In this document: positions 19,113-31,000 of the stretch, one piece after another
Layout: each line of letters starts with the position of its first letter
Position numbering within the stretch: the stretch's first letter is position 1
DNA from: a candidate division FCPU426 bacterium
Lineage (GTDB): Bacteria; Oederibacteriota; Muellerivitia; Muellerivitales; Muellerivitaceae
Direction of reading: 5' to 3'
Length of the DNA stretch: 64,000 bases
Assembly: GCA_963830915.1 (NCBI GenBank)
Contig: CAWHOE010000006.1
Location: 256,001-320,000, forward strand
The notes under the pieces: model-generated
What the model was told of the DNA's origin: nothing
Databases searched by the model: none
What the model saw: only the letters and a program-made list of their open reading frames with translations
Made by a program: the position numbers and the translations under genes

Positions 19113-20246
19113 TCAATTACCGGTATAAGTAATTTTGAATATCCTTCCAGCGTGATCATCGGAAACGAATAATTCCCCATGGGGGCCTGTCAAAACATCC
19201 ACCGGTTTTCCCACCCTTTCAGCGCCTTGCAGGAATCCCCACAAAAAATCCCGTGGTTTCCCGGCTTTGTTCCCTCTCAGGGGAAAGAAAACCACTTTAT
19301 ATCCCACGGGAATGGACCTGTTCCAACTCCCGTGGAAACAGACAAATAACCCCTGACTATATTCCTGGGGAAAAGCCTGGCCTGAATAAAAGGTAATGCC
19401 CAGAGGGGCTGTGTGAGCCTGGTACTCAAAGATCGGGGACCCGTTCTGCCGAACCCCCAGGTGGCCCATGTCCGGGTCCGGCACCACCTTGCCCTTGAGG
19501 GAGTAGGAATAGGGCCATCCGTAATCCTTCCCTTGCTCGATCAGATAGAATGTTTCCGGCGGTAAGTCATCGCCCAAATAATCCCTGCCGTTACAGGACG
19601 CCCAAAGGTCGGTTGTCCCGGGGCGGAAAGCGATCCCTACGGCATTGCGCAATCCCTTGGCATAAACCTCAAAAGCGGACCCGTCCGGGTCACACCGGCA
19701 AATGGAGGCATAGCGGGGATCCGGTTCCTCGCAGGTATCACAGGTGCTTCCGATGGAGATGTAAAGTTTGCCGTCAGGCCCAAAAGCCAGCGTACGGGTG
19801 AAATGGCGTCCCCCGGGAGGTAAGGGAGTGACCGTATGACCATCCTCCGCGAAGAGTCGATGGTCCGTCATGATGAACCTTGAAACCCTACTGGTTTCCC
19901 CCACATAGATCTGCCCATCGTGAAAAACTAAACTGTGAGGATTGTCCAACCCCTCGATGACGATCCTGGGTTGGGCGCAAAATCCCTGGTTGAATGGATC
20001 GGGGAGTTCCAATATCCTTCCGCCCTTCATGTCACAAACATAAAGGTCGCCTTCCGGGGAAAAGGCCATGCCCCTGGCGTTGCCCAGACCCGAGGCGAAA
20101 ACCGAGACTTTAAAACCCGGTGGTACGGACAACCGCTGCGCCGCCCCTTGAGCCACGGCGTCAGAGGCTGCTGGACCCGCCAAAATAAAATTCGGGAGGA
20201 TAAGTAGAAAGGAAACTGTGAAAAGTTTAGCGGTATGGAATTTCAA
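19113..20246 (-). CDS. PQQ-dependent sugar (glucose/sorbosone) dehydrogenase, beta-propeller
   Basis: Signal peptide; VPPGFKVSVFA, H.TR.LAFGPDG.LY.SIGS.CD, GLRNAVG, GRD.LGDD.PP, AHTAPLG, HGSWNR. Confidence 0.9.
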   Translation of the reverse strand: MKFHTAKLFTVSFLLILPNFILAGPAASDAVAQGAAQRLSVPPGFKVSVFASGLGNARGMAFSPEGDLYVCDMKGGRILELPDPFNQGFCAQPRIVIEGLDNPHSLVFHDGQIYVGETSRVSRFIMTDHRLFAEDGHTVTPLPPGGRHFTRTLAFGPDGKLYISIGSTCDTCEEPDPRYASICRCDPDGSAFEVYAKGLRNAVGIAFRPGTTDLWASCNGRDYLGDDLPPETFYLIEQGKDYGWPYSYSLKGKVVPDPDMGHLGVRQNGSPIFEYQAHTAPLGITFYSGQAFPQEYSQGLFVCFHGSWNRSIPVGYKVVFFPLRGNKAGKPRDFLWGFLQGAERVGKPVDVLTGPHGELFVSDDHAGRIFKITYTGN

Positions 20247-20317
20247 TGGACCCCTTATAAAAGAACAGATTAGTCCTTATAAAGGGATCCATCAAGGGAT
20301 GAGAAACACCCAATCTT

Positions 20318-21922
20318 TTATTTCACCAGTTCCACATCGTCGATCTTGAAATCAAAATCGGGGCTTCCGGCGCCAGGTGAAAAGGTCAGTTTGGTCACGT
20401 CATTGAAACTCTTTGGCACCTGTTTCCCCCAGGAAGCTTGGCCAAAATCCGTGAAAGGAATGGTGACCTGGGTCCAATCAGCCGACGATACGAAATTAGC
20501 CTGGAAATCACAATAGTCCGTCACCGAGGCCTTGTTCAAGGCGACCAAGTGGGGCTTTCCGTCCCCTTTGGTATAGAAGCGAAGAGCTTTATAACCGTTT
20601 ATATTTACGGGGTTCGCTCCCGCGTTCAAGCTGAGCGAAAGGATCGCCCAGGGCCAGGGCGCCTGTTGCGGACCCATGTGGCCTTTCATTCCCGCGCAAT
20701 GTCCTGGGGATTGGGGAGAACCGCCAGCCAGTGTGGTGAAAGGCATTGGCTCCAGTTTGGTGACCCCGAATGTATCGCAACCAGTCCACCAACCCGAACC
20801 ATAAAGGGGCGTGGAAAACTCAAAATCATCCAGTTTCAACACATCCTTATCCGGCGCGACAATAACGGACTGGGAATCGATGACCGCTGGTTTGGAGACA
20901 ATAGGGGCTGTCTGGGAAACCGCCGCTTGTGGTTTCCAAACGGCGTTGATCAGGGTCAGTTCTTTCGCGTCAAAATTTACGGGATACACGGAAGCGGCGA
21001 GGGGCTGAACTTCCTTACCGCCTTGAAGTACCTTCAGCCCATCCCCCTCGATATCGACCTTGAGGACCGTCCCCTTGGGAAAGTTGGCCGGAATTTCCCA
21101 GCGAATGACTGTTTGAGTGTCGCTCTTTTGTGGCTCCGCTTTCTCCAGGATTTTTTCCGCCTTCCAATAGGCGCCCACCTCGCCGAAGGGAGCTACCCAC
21201 AGGTCTTTTTGTTTAATGACCAGGTAATCCAGGAACTGAAGATAGGTTTTCTTGGGGATGGGTTGGTACCAATCGGAGCCTTCGATGGAATGGATCATCA
21301 GGACGGTCCAAGCGCCTGATTCTAGGTCCTGATCCACCCAATTTTTATAGGTCTCATAGGCGTAAGCGGTCAGGGTGACTTGACTGGGGATATCGAACCA
21401 ATCGGGTTCCATGCCGGGGGTCAGATAATAGCCGGACCCATTGCCGCCCCGCGCGATGAAATCATCGGCTTCGACCCATTTTTTCAGGCCGGGCGATTCC
21501 TCGACGAAGGGGTAGGCGAAGGTCAGGACAGGAACGCCGAACAATTTTTCCAGTGCGGACTTGGCCTGCTCCACCTCGTTTTGCTCATCCAGAGGCTTCA
21601 GTTCGGAAGTATGACGATGGGTGACAGTATGGTTCCCGACCTCCTGGCCCGAAACGAGTATCTTTTTCCACTCTTCGGCCCGGTCTAATTTCCCCGAGAT
21701 AAGATAAAAGGTCCCTCTTAAATTCCTTTTGGCCATTTCCGGAACGACTACATCCAATTGGATGGGGATACCGTCATCATAGGTCAGGGAAAGTGCGGCT
21801 TTATAACCATTCCAGGGAATGACTTGAAAGGGAACGTCCTTGGCGTGGGAAACGCAGGGTAATAAAAGCGTGAAAAAGAATACCCAACCCCAGGTTGTCT
21901 TTGCTTTATAAGAATTCGACAT
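20318..21922 (-). CDS. Polysaccharide deacetylase (CE4-like) + CIA30/CBM11-like domain
   Basis: Signal peptide; SLTYDDG, GNHTVTH, FAYPF, LMIH; C-terminal LDDFE..LRFYTKGDG..WTQVTIPF..IDDVEL; no conserved tail. Confidence 0.85.
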   Translation of the reverse strand: MSNSYKAKTTWGWVFFFTLLLPCVSHAKDVPFQVIPWNGYKAALSLTYDDGIPIQLDVVVPEMAKRNLRGTFYLISGKLDRAEEWKKILVSGQEVGNHTVTHRHTSELKPLDEQNEVEQAKSALEKLFGVPVLTFAYPFVEESPGLKKWVEADDFIARGGNGSGYYLTPGMEPDWFDIPSQVTLTAYAYETYKNWVDQDLESGAWTVLMIHSIEGSDWYQPIPKKTYLQFLDYLVIKQKDLWVAPFGEVGAYWKAEKILEKAEPQKSDTQTVIRWEIPANFPKGTVLKVDIEGDGLKVLQGGKEVQPLAASVYPVNFDAKELTLINAVWKPQAAVSQTAPIVSKPAVIDSQSVIVAPDKDVLKLDDFEFSTPLYGSGWWTGCDTFGVTKLEPMPFTTLAGGSPQSPGHCAGMKGHMGPQQAPWPWAILSLSLNAGANPVNINGYKALRFYTKGDGKPHLVALNKASVTDYCDFQANFVSSADWTQVTIPFTDFGQASWGKQVPKSFNDVTKLTFSPGAGSPDFDFKIDDVELVK

Positions 21923-22004
21923 CCATTCCTCCTGAATTTCGAAAATGATAAAAGGCTTATAACAATTCTCTTTATTCTAATTCAACTGTTGGAAGACAAA
22001 AGAA

Positions 22005-22274
22005 TTACCGAAGGATCAGTAACTTACCGATGGACCGTCCCTGGGAGGTTTGGACCACCACATAATAAAGCCCGCTGGCCAGAGGCTTGCCCCACTTGTC
22101 CGTCAGGCTCAAAGACACATCCGTCCCCGAGGGCAGCTGCCGGTACGTGTTGTCCTGTACCTTCCGGAAGGCCAAAGTGAATATCTTCACCCTTACATCC
22201 GATAACCCGTAATAGGCTGGAGGCCTGACCTTGACCGGCACCGTCCCGTCGGCGGGATTGGGATAGACCACAGG
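22005..22274 (-). repeat. Conserved C-terminal domain, copy 1
   Basis: [47 protein letters not shown] (89 aa). Confidence 0.95.
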
Positions 22275-25200
22275 GAAAGACTCAAGCAATGGTGTCAGTG
22301 TCGGCGAAAGGGTAATGGTGGGGGTAATGGTGAAGGTATCGCTAGGAGTGGGCGTATATGTAGGGACCGCCGTGAATGTATCCGTGGGTGTGTAGGTCCA
22401 AGTCCAGGTATTGGTGAGGGTATAAGTTTTTGTGGGAGTGGAGGTCAAAGTAAGGGTATCGGTATTCGTGGGGGTGTAAGTCACCGTCGCCGTATTGGTG
22501 GAAGTTGGACTATTGGTCATTGACGCCGTACTTGTCGGGGTAAAGGTAAGCGTCGGCGTGAAGGTCAGGGTCGGGGTATAGGTCCAAGTCGGGGTGGGGA
22601 TAGGGGTGAAAGTGCCGGTATTGGTGGAGGTCGCCGTGGGGGTCCGGGTCTGGGTTGGAGTCGCCGTATTGGTAGAGGTATAGGTTAAGGTCGGGGAAAG
22701 AGTATAGGTCGGAGTAAAGCTAGCGGTTGAGGTGAATGTCCATGTCGCGGTATTCGTTCCGGTAGCCGAATTCGTGGGAGTGGCTGTAGACGTGGGTGAC
22801 AAGGTCAGGGTTGGAGTGTCCGTGATGGTTGGGGTGAATGAATCGGTCGGGGAGAACTGAGCAGTAGAGGTTGATGTGGGGCTGGCGGTATTGGTGGAAG
22901 TCGAGGTGGACGTTGATGTGTTGATGAGAGTAGCGGTATTGGTCGGGGTTGTAGTGCAAGTAGAGGTGGACGTCCCCGATGGGCTGGCCGTGGCCGTCGG
23001 AGAATTCGTGGACGACAAGGTGGGCGAACTGGTGGGAGTAGCCGAAGGGCTGGGTGTAAAGGTTGATGTTTTTGTGGCGGTGTTGGTAGGTGTTGGCGTT
23101 GAACAAGCGTAAACCAGACGGATATTATCTATATATACGCTTCCGGTGGTTCCAGCCCCATTCTGATAGATAAAGCGCAGCTTGGTCAGAGCCGAACCCG
23201 CCGTAATTGCCCCGGCGGCATAATTGATATTGAATGTGACGTTTGGATTTTCCCCATACAAGACCCCTGGCGTGTCATAGGAAATCGATTGGTCGGACTG
23301 GGTTGCCGTATCGGCCTCCAACACCAAGTTACTCCATCCAGCGTTCGCCATCATGGTCGCTGGCGCATAGACATCCATCTGGAGCTGAGTCACACCCGTC
23401 CAGATGGAGGGTGTGAATGAACTCAATTCGCACAGGTCATCCCATGTCGTGCCAGTATTGACCGTTAACTTAAGACAACCCGAACCCTGGGTGATAGCGC
23501 CCAAGGGGGCGGTCGCGGAAGTCGCGATGCTCAAACCGTTCCCGTTACCGCTGGTCCAGGTCCCGTTATCAGTCAATGTCTCGCATCCATTGAAAAGACT
23601 GGGACAACCAGGCACGGGGGTCGGAGGGGGTGTGGCGGTCGGGACCCCGCAATAGGACTGCACGGCCTGGTACATGGCGGTCATGAGTGGCTGTTGCCCC
23701 GGGTCGATATAGTCATTGGAAATATCCCACATGAATACTCCCCCGGCTCCCCGGGTCGTCAGGGCGTAATTGACCTTGAGGGTCACGGCCTGAGCGTCAT
23801 CGTAGGTGATCCAACCCGTGCCGTCGTTGTTGGTCAAATAAGGGACCAGGGCCACGGGATCCCAATTCCTGGTCCAACTCGTTCCGACCAGGTTGCTGAT
23901 GGCGTTATACCCAAAGTCGTTGACATCGCTGGTGCAATTGGAAGCGGCGCAAAGGACATTGATGGCGCTTTCGGAGTTGAATTGGACCCCGTAAAATCCG
24001 ATGCCCATGTTGAGCAGGCTCGCCGGGACTCCCCGGGTCACGGTCAAGTAATCCATCTGGCTCTGGCAGGTGGCGTCGGCGTAAGGGTTGGTCGTCAGGG
24101 AAACGGGATCGTTATAGCTGGTGTGGCTGTTCCATCCTCCCGCCCCGCTGTAGGTCATGACGTTGAAAAAGGAGACGATCGTGCTCAGGGATGTCAGGTT
24201 CAGATCCACATCCCCCCAGTTCCCGGCCCCGATATCCTGGCTTAATAGCAAGGCAGGATTCGCAGCAGTGAGCTTGTTGCGCAGGGTCTGCATAAGGGTG
24301 ACCGCGTTGGTATAGTCGGTCTGGCTTCCCTCCCAGTCGATGTCGATACCGTCATAATTGTTGGTGGTACAGAAATTGGCCAGGTTCGTGCCAAAGGTGT
24401 TCATATAGGTGGAATTCGCCGCGATGGAAATGAAGGGCGCCGTCACGTCCGCCCCACCGACCGCGGCCAGCACCTTCACCCCGGCGGCGTGGGCTTTGGT
24501 AATGAGGTTGGTATCCACATAGCCTGCCGGCACCGTGATGCTTCCATCGCCGGCCGTGTTGACCGTGATGAACGACTCGCACAAATGGGTCAATTCATTG
24601 TAGGGAATGGTGTTGGAGGTATAGGCGGCGCTTTCCCCAGGGACATAAAAGGCCAGGACGCGCTTGGCGCAAGAAACCGTGGTCGGTGTGGGTGACGGGG
24701 TTGGACTGGGCGTGAAGGATGGCGTACGGGTCACCGTCCAGGTCCAGGTAGGTGTGGACGTCGGACTGGAAGTGGCCGTCAGGGTCGCTGTCCGGGTAGC
24801 GGTCGAGGTCGAAGTGGATGTGGGGGACGGGGTCAGTTCCAAATTGGTATAAAAAGCTAACTGGTCCAACTCATAACTGAAATTGCCGGGAGCGGTCGCC
24901 CCATAACAATAGAACTCCACGCCGGTTATGTCCGTCGCCGTTGGGTTGGTGGGTAACCCTGTTTGGGTATGGGCCCAACCAGCGGTCATCGTGGAAAAGG
25001 GTATCTGCTCGAAAGTCCAGACGCCCGCCGGCGGGGTGAACTGAAAACCGTAGGGATCATAATCGGTGACGGAAGCCGAATCCACATCCACCCGGTAGGT
25101 GTTCCCATCCCCATAGATCCAGAACTGGATGCCCACAACCCCATAGCCCGATAGGTTGTAGGCCGTGGGTGGGAAAGCGTTGCTCAAGTTGCTGGAATAG

Positions 25201-27560
25201 TCCGTCCATCCGTTGGATCCGCTCCCTCCGATCAAACCGCTCACCTTGACGGCGTAGTTCCCCACCTTGCCTGTCACCCCGTATTGAACGGTGATGGAAC
25301 TATTGTACTGAGCTGTTCCCCAAACTCCGTCCCAGAGGTTGAAACGGGTGGGCGATGTTCCATCCCGGGTCAGGTCCTCGAAGTCATCGATGAGGGTGGA
25401 GGTGCCGTAATTGGGTGTGGGGGTCAAGGTCGGGGTGAGCGTATGAGTCGGGGTGAAAGCGGGGGTATTGGTGGGTTGGGCCGCGTTGGTGAATTGAATG
25501 ACCGAGATGGAATAGGGCTTGAAGGTCACCGGGAATGAGGAAGCCGCGTTCGTCAATGTGACCGTGGTGGGCGCGGTATCAGGGGCGGCGTGATAAGGCG
25601 TGGTGACGTTCTGCCAGACATAGTTGGTGCTGCTGAAATTCCAGAAGCTGGCCGAGGCGTTGGGCGCGAAAGCGCTCATGTTCAAGGTCGTGTTATAGCT
25701 ATTGGTCGGGTCCTTGTTGACGACAAGGAGAGAAACGATGTTGTCCGGCCTTTTGTCTGTATAGGCGGTGAGCAGGGATGTGGGACCCCCGTTGGCGGCC
25801 ACGGTGGTGCTCAGGAGGGTGTGGGCGTTGGTATCACCCGGGATAGCCCAGACATTGGTCATCATCTGCATGGCCCAATAGGAGGCCCGACCCTGGTACT
25901 GATAGGCGTTGGGGTCGGCCTGCAAATAGGCCAGGTCTCCGACCGTATTGACATAGATCTCGTCGCCGGAGTCGACATAACCCAAGGAAGAAAAGTAGGT
26001 CGCGAAAGCCCGAGAACCGAATTGCGTGATGTATTCACCCAACCAGTCCGCGGTCCAAAGCCCTTCAGCCAACTGTTCACAAACCGGCGGACTGGATCCA
26101 TCGATATTGTATTCTGTCAGGAATATCGGGGTATTGGCCGAGTAGGAATCGTTGCTCAGCCATGTGTTGATCTTGCCGCCAACGGAGGCCCATTGAGAAG
26201 GCGATCCCAGGGCGATGGCGAGGGTGGCGGCGTTGTTATAAGGCGTGCCCGTTGGATAGTAATTGGGATACCAGTGGAAATCCAGACCCATCACATTTGC
26301 CGAGTCGCCCAGTGTCTTCATCTCATCCAGGAAGGACTGCATGTAATCCTTCCCGTCATAAGCTACTGAGTCTCCCAGGCCGTAAACCGGACCAACGACG
26401 GTGACACTGGGATCCACCGCCTTCATGGCGGTGTAGTATTCGTTGAACCTATAGGCGTAATCCTGGGCGTTAAGAGGGCCACCCGTTTCCCAATTGCCGC
26501 CCATCTCGTTGCCGATCTCCCACAGCTTGACCCCATAACCTCGCGTTACATTGGCGTAATAAACCCAGGAGGCCGCTTCGGATGGGGTCCCCGTGCCGAC
26601 GTTGATGGTGATAAGGGGCACGGCGGAAGGAGAAAAAGAGTGGATAAAAGCCATGAAAGCCTCGAAATCGAAATTGTAATAACCCGTGGGCGTGCAAGCG
26701 GGGTCCATGCTGGAAACCTCGACCGTGGTTTGACTGCTGGAATTGGTGTTGGTGGTCAACTGGGTGCCGCCGTTGTAAACGTAGATCTCGCTCATGGCGT
26801 AAGCGCCGCCCGCGCCCGCGGAACTTGAAAGCAGGAGGACCCGAAGGTACTGGGCGTTTACGGCCGTAAAAACCACCCCTTGAGTGCCTCCGGTGCCAGT
26901 GATCGTGGCGGACGCGTTGTGCCAATCGGCTTCCGTCAATCCAGTAGAGGCGCCATTTTGGTAGGAACTCTGATAGGGCGGAGGCCAACCTGTTTGGGTC
27001 CAGTATTGGACGACAAATTGGGCAGCGTAGGGCGTTCCCCAAACGATCGTTACGGCGTTTATGGATTGGGAACCGGCGAAATCGAGCTCCACCCACTGGT
27101 GGTTGGGGAACTGAGTGTCGGCGTTTGAGAGCCAGGTCGTGGCGGTACTTCCGTCTGTCAGGTTGGAAACATAACCTCCCGCGCCCGCTGTACCCGTATA
27201 GAGCGGACTGGCTTGGAATCCGGAGCTGAAACTGGTTCCACTGGGGACCCAGTGATGGTTGGCGTCGTAGGAGCCTGCTCCATTCCAATGATAAAGATCC
27301 GATAGCGATCCGCCCGGATACCGAACGAGGTAGTTCCCAGCCGCCTGAATAAAAGGTTGAGCCCCTTCAAACAATGAAGACGAAAAATTAAACTGCGTAT
27401 TGATCCCAAAAACATTGAAGGGAATGAAGGTTTTGGTCGAGGTGGAACTAACAGTGATGGTGGCGGGAAGGGATTGGGCAAAGGAGTAAATCGGACAGGT
27501 AAAAAATAGGAAGACTAAAGCTGGGGCCAGAAGGTTATCTTTGATCGATTTTAGCCGCAT
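22005..27560 (-). CDS. Secreted multimodular glycoside hydrolase: clan GH-A barrel with inserted discoidin/CBM32, CBM11-like, GH18, CBM-like, Thr stalk, conserved tail
   Basis: RYPGGS.SD.YHW, WEIGNE, FLTEYN; F5/8C WVELDF..YLRV; GH18 [29 protein letters not shown]. Confidence 0.85.
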   Translation of the reverse strand: MRLKSIKDNLLAPALVFLFFTCPIYSFAQSLPATITVSSTSTKTFIPFNVFGINTQFNFSSSLFEGAQPFIQAAGNYLVRYPGGSLSDLYHWNGAGSYDANHHWVPSGTSFSSGFQASPLYTGTAGAGGYVSNLTDGSTATTWLSNADTQFPNHQWVELDFAGSQSINAVTIVWGTPYAAQFVVQYWTQTGWPPPYQSSYQNGASTGLTEADWHNASATITGTGGTQGVVFTAVNAQYLRVLLLSSSAGAGGAYAMSEIYVYNGGTQLTTNTNSSSQTTVEVSSMDPACTPTGYYNFDFEAFMAFIHSFSPSAVPLITINVGTGTPSEAASWVYYANVTRGYGVKLWEIGNEMGGNWETGGPLNAQDYAYRFNEYYTAMKAVDPSVTVVGPVYGLGDSVAYDGKDYMQSFLDEMKTLGDSANVMGLDFHWYPNYYPTGTPYNNAATLAIALGSPSQWASVGGKINTWLSNDSYSANTPIFLTEYNIDGSSPPVCEQLAEGLWTADWLGEYITQFGSRAFATYFSSLGYVDSGDEIYVNTVGDLAYLQADPNAYQYQGRASYWAMQMMTNVWAIPGDTNAHTLLSTTVAANGGPTSLLTAYTDKRPDNIVSLLVVNKDPTNSYNTTLNMSAFAPNASASFWNFSSTNYVWQNVTTPYHAAPDTAPTTVTLTNAASSFPVTFKPYSISVIQFTNAAQPTNTPAFTPTHTLTPTLTPTPNYGTSTLIDDFEDLTRDGTSPTRFNLWDGVWGTAQYNSSITVQYGVTGKVGNYAVKVSGLIGGSGSNGWTDYSSNLSNAFPPTAYNLSGYGVVGIQFWIYGDGNTYRVDVDSASVTDYDPYGFQFTPPAGVWTFEQIPFSTMTAGWAHTQTGLPTNPTATDITGVEFYCYGATAPGNFSYELDQLAFYTNLELTPSPTSTSTSTATRTATLTATSSPTSTPTWTWTVTRTPSFTPSPTPSPTPTTVSCAKRVLAFYVPGESAAYTSNTIPYNELTHLCESFITVNTAGDGSITVPAGYVDTNLITKAHAAGVKVLAAVGGADVTAPFISIAANSTYMNTFGTNLANFCTTNNYDGIDIDWEGSQTDYTNAVTLMQTLRNKLTAANPALLLSQDIGAGNWGDVDLNLTSLSTIVSFFNVMTYSGAGGWNSHTSYNDPVSLTTNPYADATCQSQMDYLTVTRGVPASLLNMGIGFYGVQFNSESAINVLCAASNCTSDVNDFGYNAISNLVGTSWTRNWDPVALVPYLTNNDGTGWITYDDAQAVTLKVNYALTTRGAGGVFMWDISNDYIDPGQQPLMTAMYQAVQSYCGVPTATPPPTPVPGCPSLFNGCETLTDNGTWTSGNGNGLSIATSATAPLGAITQGSGCLKLTVNTGTTWDDLCELSSFTPSIWTGVTQLQMDVYAPATMMANAGWSNLVLEADTATQSDQSISYDTPGVLYGENPNVTFNINYAAGAITAGSALTKLRFIYQNGAGTTGSVYIDNIRLVYACSTPTPTNTATKTSTFTPSPSATPTSSPTLSSTNSPTATASPSGTSTSTCTTTPTNTATLINTSTSTSTSTNTASPTSTSTAQFSPTDSFTPTITDTPTLTLSPTSTATPTNSATGTNTATWTFTSTASFTPTYTLSPTLTYTSTNTATPTQTRTPTATSTNTGTFTPIPTPTWTYTPTLTFTPTLTFTPTSTASMTNSPTSTNTATVTYTPTNTDTLTLTSTPTKTYTLTNTWTWTYTPTDTFTAVPTYTPTPSDTFTITPTITLSPTLTPLLESFPVVYPNPADGTVPVKVRPPAYYGLSDVRVKIFTLAFRKVQDNTYRQLPSGTDVSLSLTDKWGKPLASGLYYVVVQTSQGRSIGKLLILR
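22290..23102 (-). repeat. Thr/Ser-alternating low-complexity stalk 1 (~270 aa)
   Basis: (T-x)n pattern in translation; boundaries approximate. Confidence 0.9.
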
Positions 27561-27612
27561 TCAGAAAAACCCCTTCTTGCCTACATACACGGTCTAATTA
27601 AAACCTTTCCCC

Positions 27613-27645
27613 TGAAAACCCTTACACTTAGAAAAGCGCTTTGCT
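27613..27645. promoter_or_regulatory. Two LacI/CcpA-like operator palindromes upstream of CAZyme 1
   Basis: TGAAAACCCTTACA (27613-27626) and GAAAAGCGCTTTGC (27631-27644). Confidence 0.45.
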
Positions 27646-27764
27646 TTCACCTTCAAACATCAAGGATACCATCAAAATCAATGGAATTCAGGTTGATAAA
27701 TTCCTCTCAAATCATGGTTTTCTGTCAAATGCAGTTCATTGATCCGGGCCTGTAACACCCAAGG

Positions 27765-27804
27765 AAAAGAAAAGGGACTGCCCGTCATTGAGAGGGCAGT
27801 CCCT
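27765..27804 (-). terminator. Rho-independent terminator after CAZyme 2
   Basis: Perfect 11-bp stem AGGGACTGCCC/GGGCAGTCCCT, 10-nt loop, T-rich tail on the minus strand. Confidence 0.85.
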
Positions 27805-27813
27805 GTTAATGGA

Positions 27814-28083
27814 TCATCGAAGTATCAACAGTTTCCCGATGGTTCGGCCCCGATAGGTCTGGACCGCCACATAATACAACCCGCTGGCCAGCGGCTTGCC
27901 CCACTTGTCCGTCAGGTTCAATGGCACATCCGTTCCATTCAGAATCTGGTGATAGGTGTTTTCTTGCACTTTCCTGAACGCGATCGTGAAGATCTTGACG
28001 TTCACATCCGAAACCCCAAAGTAAGCCGGTGGTCTTACGCGAACAGGCATTGTCCCATCTGCCGGATTGGGATAGATCACCGG
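27814..28083 (-). repeat. Conserved C-terminal domain, copy 2
   Basis: [47 protein letters not shown]. Confidence 0.95.
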
Positions 28084-31000
28084 CACCAACTCGGGCACGG
28101 GTGTCTGGGTCGGGGTAAGCGTTGGGGATAGGGTCGGGGTCGGACTAAGGGTCGGCGTAGAGGTCGCTTCACTCACGACGACCTGTGTTCCAGCGATGGG
28201 GAATCCAACGAAATTGACCGCTTCCCCATTCGTTCCCGCCGCTCCCGTCACGTTGAATGAATAAGACCCCACGGCGGAAGATGAGAAGGTGGCCTCGATG
28301 TCATAAACCGCTGACCCACCATTGGCCGCGATGATATCCGAGAAGTTGAATGTAGCCGTATTGCCGGAGAACGTAGCCGAGGTGATGGGCACCCCGTTCT
28401 TTAGCAACACGATCGAGCTGATGCCCGTTGACGAACTTCCCGACTCAGTAACGGTCAGGCTGGTCATGGTGAAACTATTCGGGCTTGGGTTGGTGATCTT
28501 GGGTTCATCGATGGAGACGCCCGCTGACCCGCTCAATACGGCGATGTTTGCCGGGGGCGCGGCCGGGCCCTCGCTTCCCTGACCCGTGACGGGCGTGAAA
28601 GTGGGTGTGCTGGTCCAGGTGAAGGTGGGAGTGTTGGTGAAAGTCCAGGTATTCGTGGACGTAAAGGTCAGGGTCGGCGTAAAGGTCAAGGTCGCGGTCA
28701 TTGTATCGGTATTGGTATAGGTCATGGTCGCCGTTTGGGTCGGTGTGGATGAATCTGTGGCGGTCGCGGTATTCGTGGGTGTAAAGGTAAGGGTAGGCGA
28801 AAGGGTCATGGTCGGCGTCATGGTTTGGGTAGGCGAATAGGTCTGAGTCGGAGTGTTGGTGGGTGTGGGGGAATTGGTCAAAGTCGCCGTATTCGTGGCG
28901 GTCATGGTGACCGTTGGACTGAAAGTGAGTGTCGGCGAATAGGTACTAGTGGCCGTATTGGTATAGGTAGAAGAATTAGTTGGTGAGGCTGTATAGGTCA
29001 TGGTGGGGGTGTCAGTGGCCGTCGCGGAATTCGTCGGTGTCGCCGTCAACGTGGGTGACAAGGTCAATGTCGCCGTATCGGTGATGGTCGCCGTATTCGT
29101 CGGTGTGTAGCTATACATTGGAGTGTTGGTGACCGTTGCCGTCGGGCTGGAGGTTGCGGTAGCCGTTGGGCTCGGCGTATAGGTTGCCGTTGACGTTCGG
29201 CTAGGCGTAGAAGTTGACGATGAAGTGGCTGTCATGGTGATCGTTGGAGTCGGGGTGAACGTTGGCGTATTGGAGGAACAACCGACGATGATATTGGTAG
29301 TTCCACTGAAGGAAGAATTGAAAGTCATATAAAGGACATGGTTCACAGTGTCCAATGTGGGCAGAAAATCGCATCCAGAACTGAGGACCGTCCCATTCTT
29401 CATGACACAGGGAACAGTGGTCGCGGTGTAATTAGTGAAGGCAAAGGTAGGGTTGAGCAGGGACCCGGAAGGCAAGGTCAGGGTCACATTAGCCGCGTTA
29501 GCCGCGCAGGTCACGGTCCACTGGTCCCACACCGGATTGTATCCAGCCGGGCTCCAGGCCTTGGTCAATGTCACCGCGCCAGGCCCCTGGGGCCCGGACG
29601 ACGGAATGGTGCCGACCGAGGCGGTCAAGGAAGCCCCTCCGTGGATGATCTGTTGCTCGGTGACCAGACGGGTCACGCCGACCGAACTGCGTTTATCCAG
29701 CATCATTTGCACCGAATAGCTCTGGTAGGGATATCCGACCCAACTTCCCGTGTATTCGTAGTTTTGGTAGCTGGTCTGGAACACCGCGTAAGGCATTTGC
29801 CAGGTCACCCGCTCGCCAGCGTAATTTTGGAAACTATTCATCTGGTAAAGAAGCCCGGTGGATGCCGAGGGCGGAAGGGCGGAGCCGGAAGTGGGAGGCG
29901 TGATGCCGTAACCGCCACCGCCCGGGTGCTGGGCCTGGGTCTCGGTCTGGATGAATCCGATCTCCCGGTCGGAATAACTGGGGAGTGACGCGTCGTTGTA
30001 CATGCTGCAATAAGGAATGGAAACTGGACTGTTGGCCGTATTGAAGGTATAAGCCGTGCTGGCGCTCATGGCGGTCCCTGGCGTGTCGGTAGAGATGAAC
30101 TTGTAGTCCGCGCCCATCTCAATGCCGCTAGGGGAAGTATTCACGGTGCCGCTTCCCATCCAGTCGAAATCGCAATAGGGACTGCGGGTATCGTTGGTGA
30201 AGGTGCCAGAAGGCTGGGAGGAACTATCCCAGGTCGCCGCCCAGAGGATATCATTGCGCCCATTGCGGAAGACATAATCCACTGTGCAAGCCCAGGCGCC
30301 GCGGGCATGGTCATTGGGATCGACATACATGTTGAAGGTGTACCGCATCAGCATGGCGTTGGCGCCCTGATAAACGACCTGTTTGGCGCCGTTGTAGCCT
30401 TCGGTGCGGGAATTAGCCCAGGTATAGACCCCCAAATAATCGGAGTGGTCGATGAGATGCCCCCAGCCGGAAACCGTGTCCGCCGGACCATCTTCATTGC
30501 AGGTCACGGGAGTGGACCCATCCATCCAGGCCATGCGGGTGATATAGCCCCCATTCTGGGTGCCCACGGTATTAACGTCGATTGGCTGGACCAACCAGAC
30601 CGAGCGAAGATTCCCGCTGGCGTCCGTCCATTGAACGGTGTCAGTCGCGTTATGCCCGTTGGCCGCGATTCCTTGAGTGTATTGGATAGCGGAAAGACAT
30701 CCCGCCACCGTGGTCGCGGTGGGTGTATAGGTAGGGCCGTTAAACGTAGGGGTGTAAGTGGGGGTAAGCGTCGGAGTATTGGTGGCTCCACAGTTCAACT
30801 GGAACGCGAAGTCATCGATATAAAGGGTGTCGTTACCAGCCGCTGTTCCACCGTCCGAGAAATTCAGCATCCAAACCGATGCGGTGTTATAGGTTCCTGA
30901 AAAAGCCGACATGGGGATGGTGACTTGCTGCCAAGTGGTCGTGATCCCTCCGGGTAAATAAGTGCTCGCGTTGACCGCGGCTGAGGTAACCCCCGCCGAA

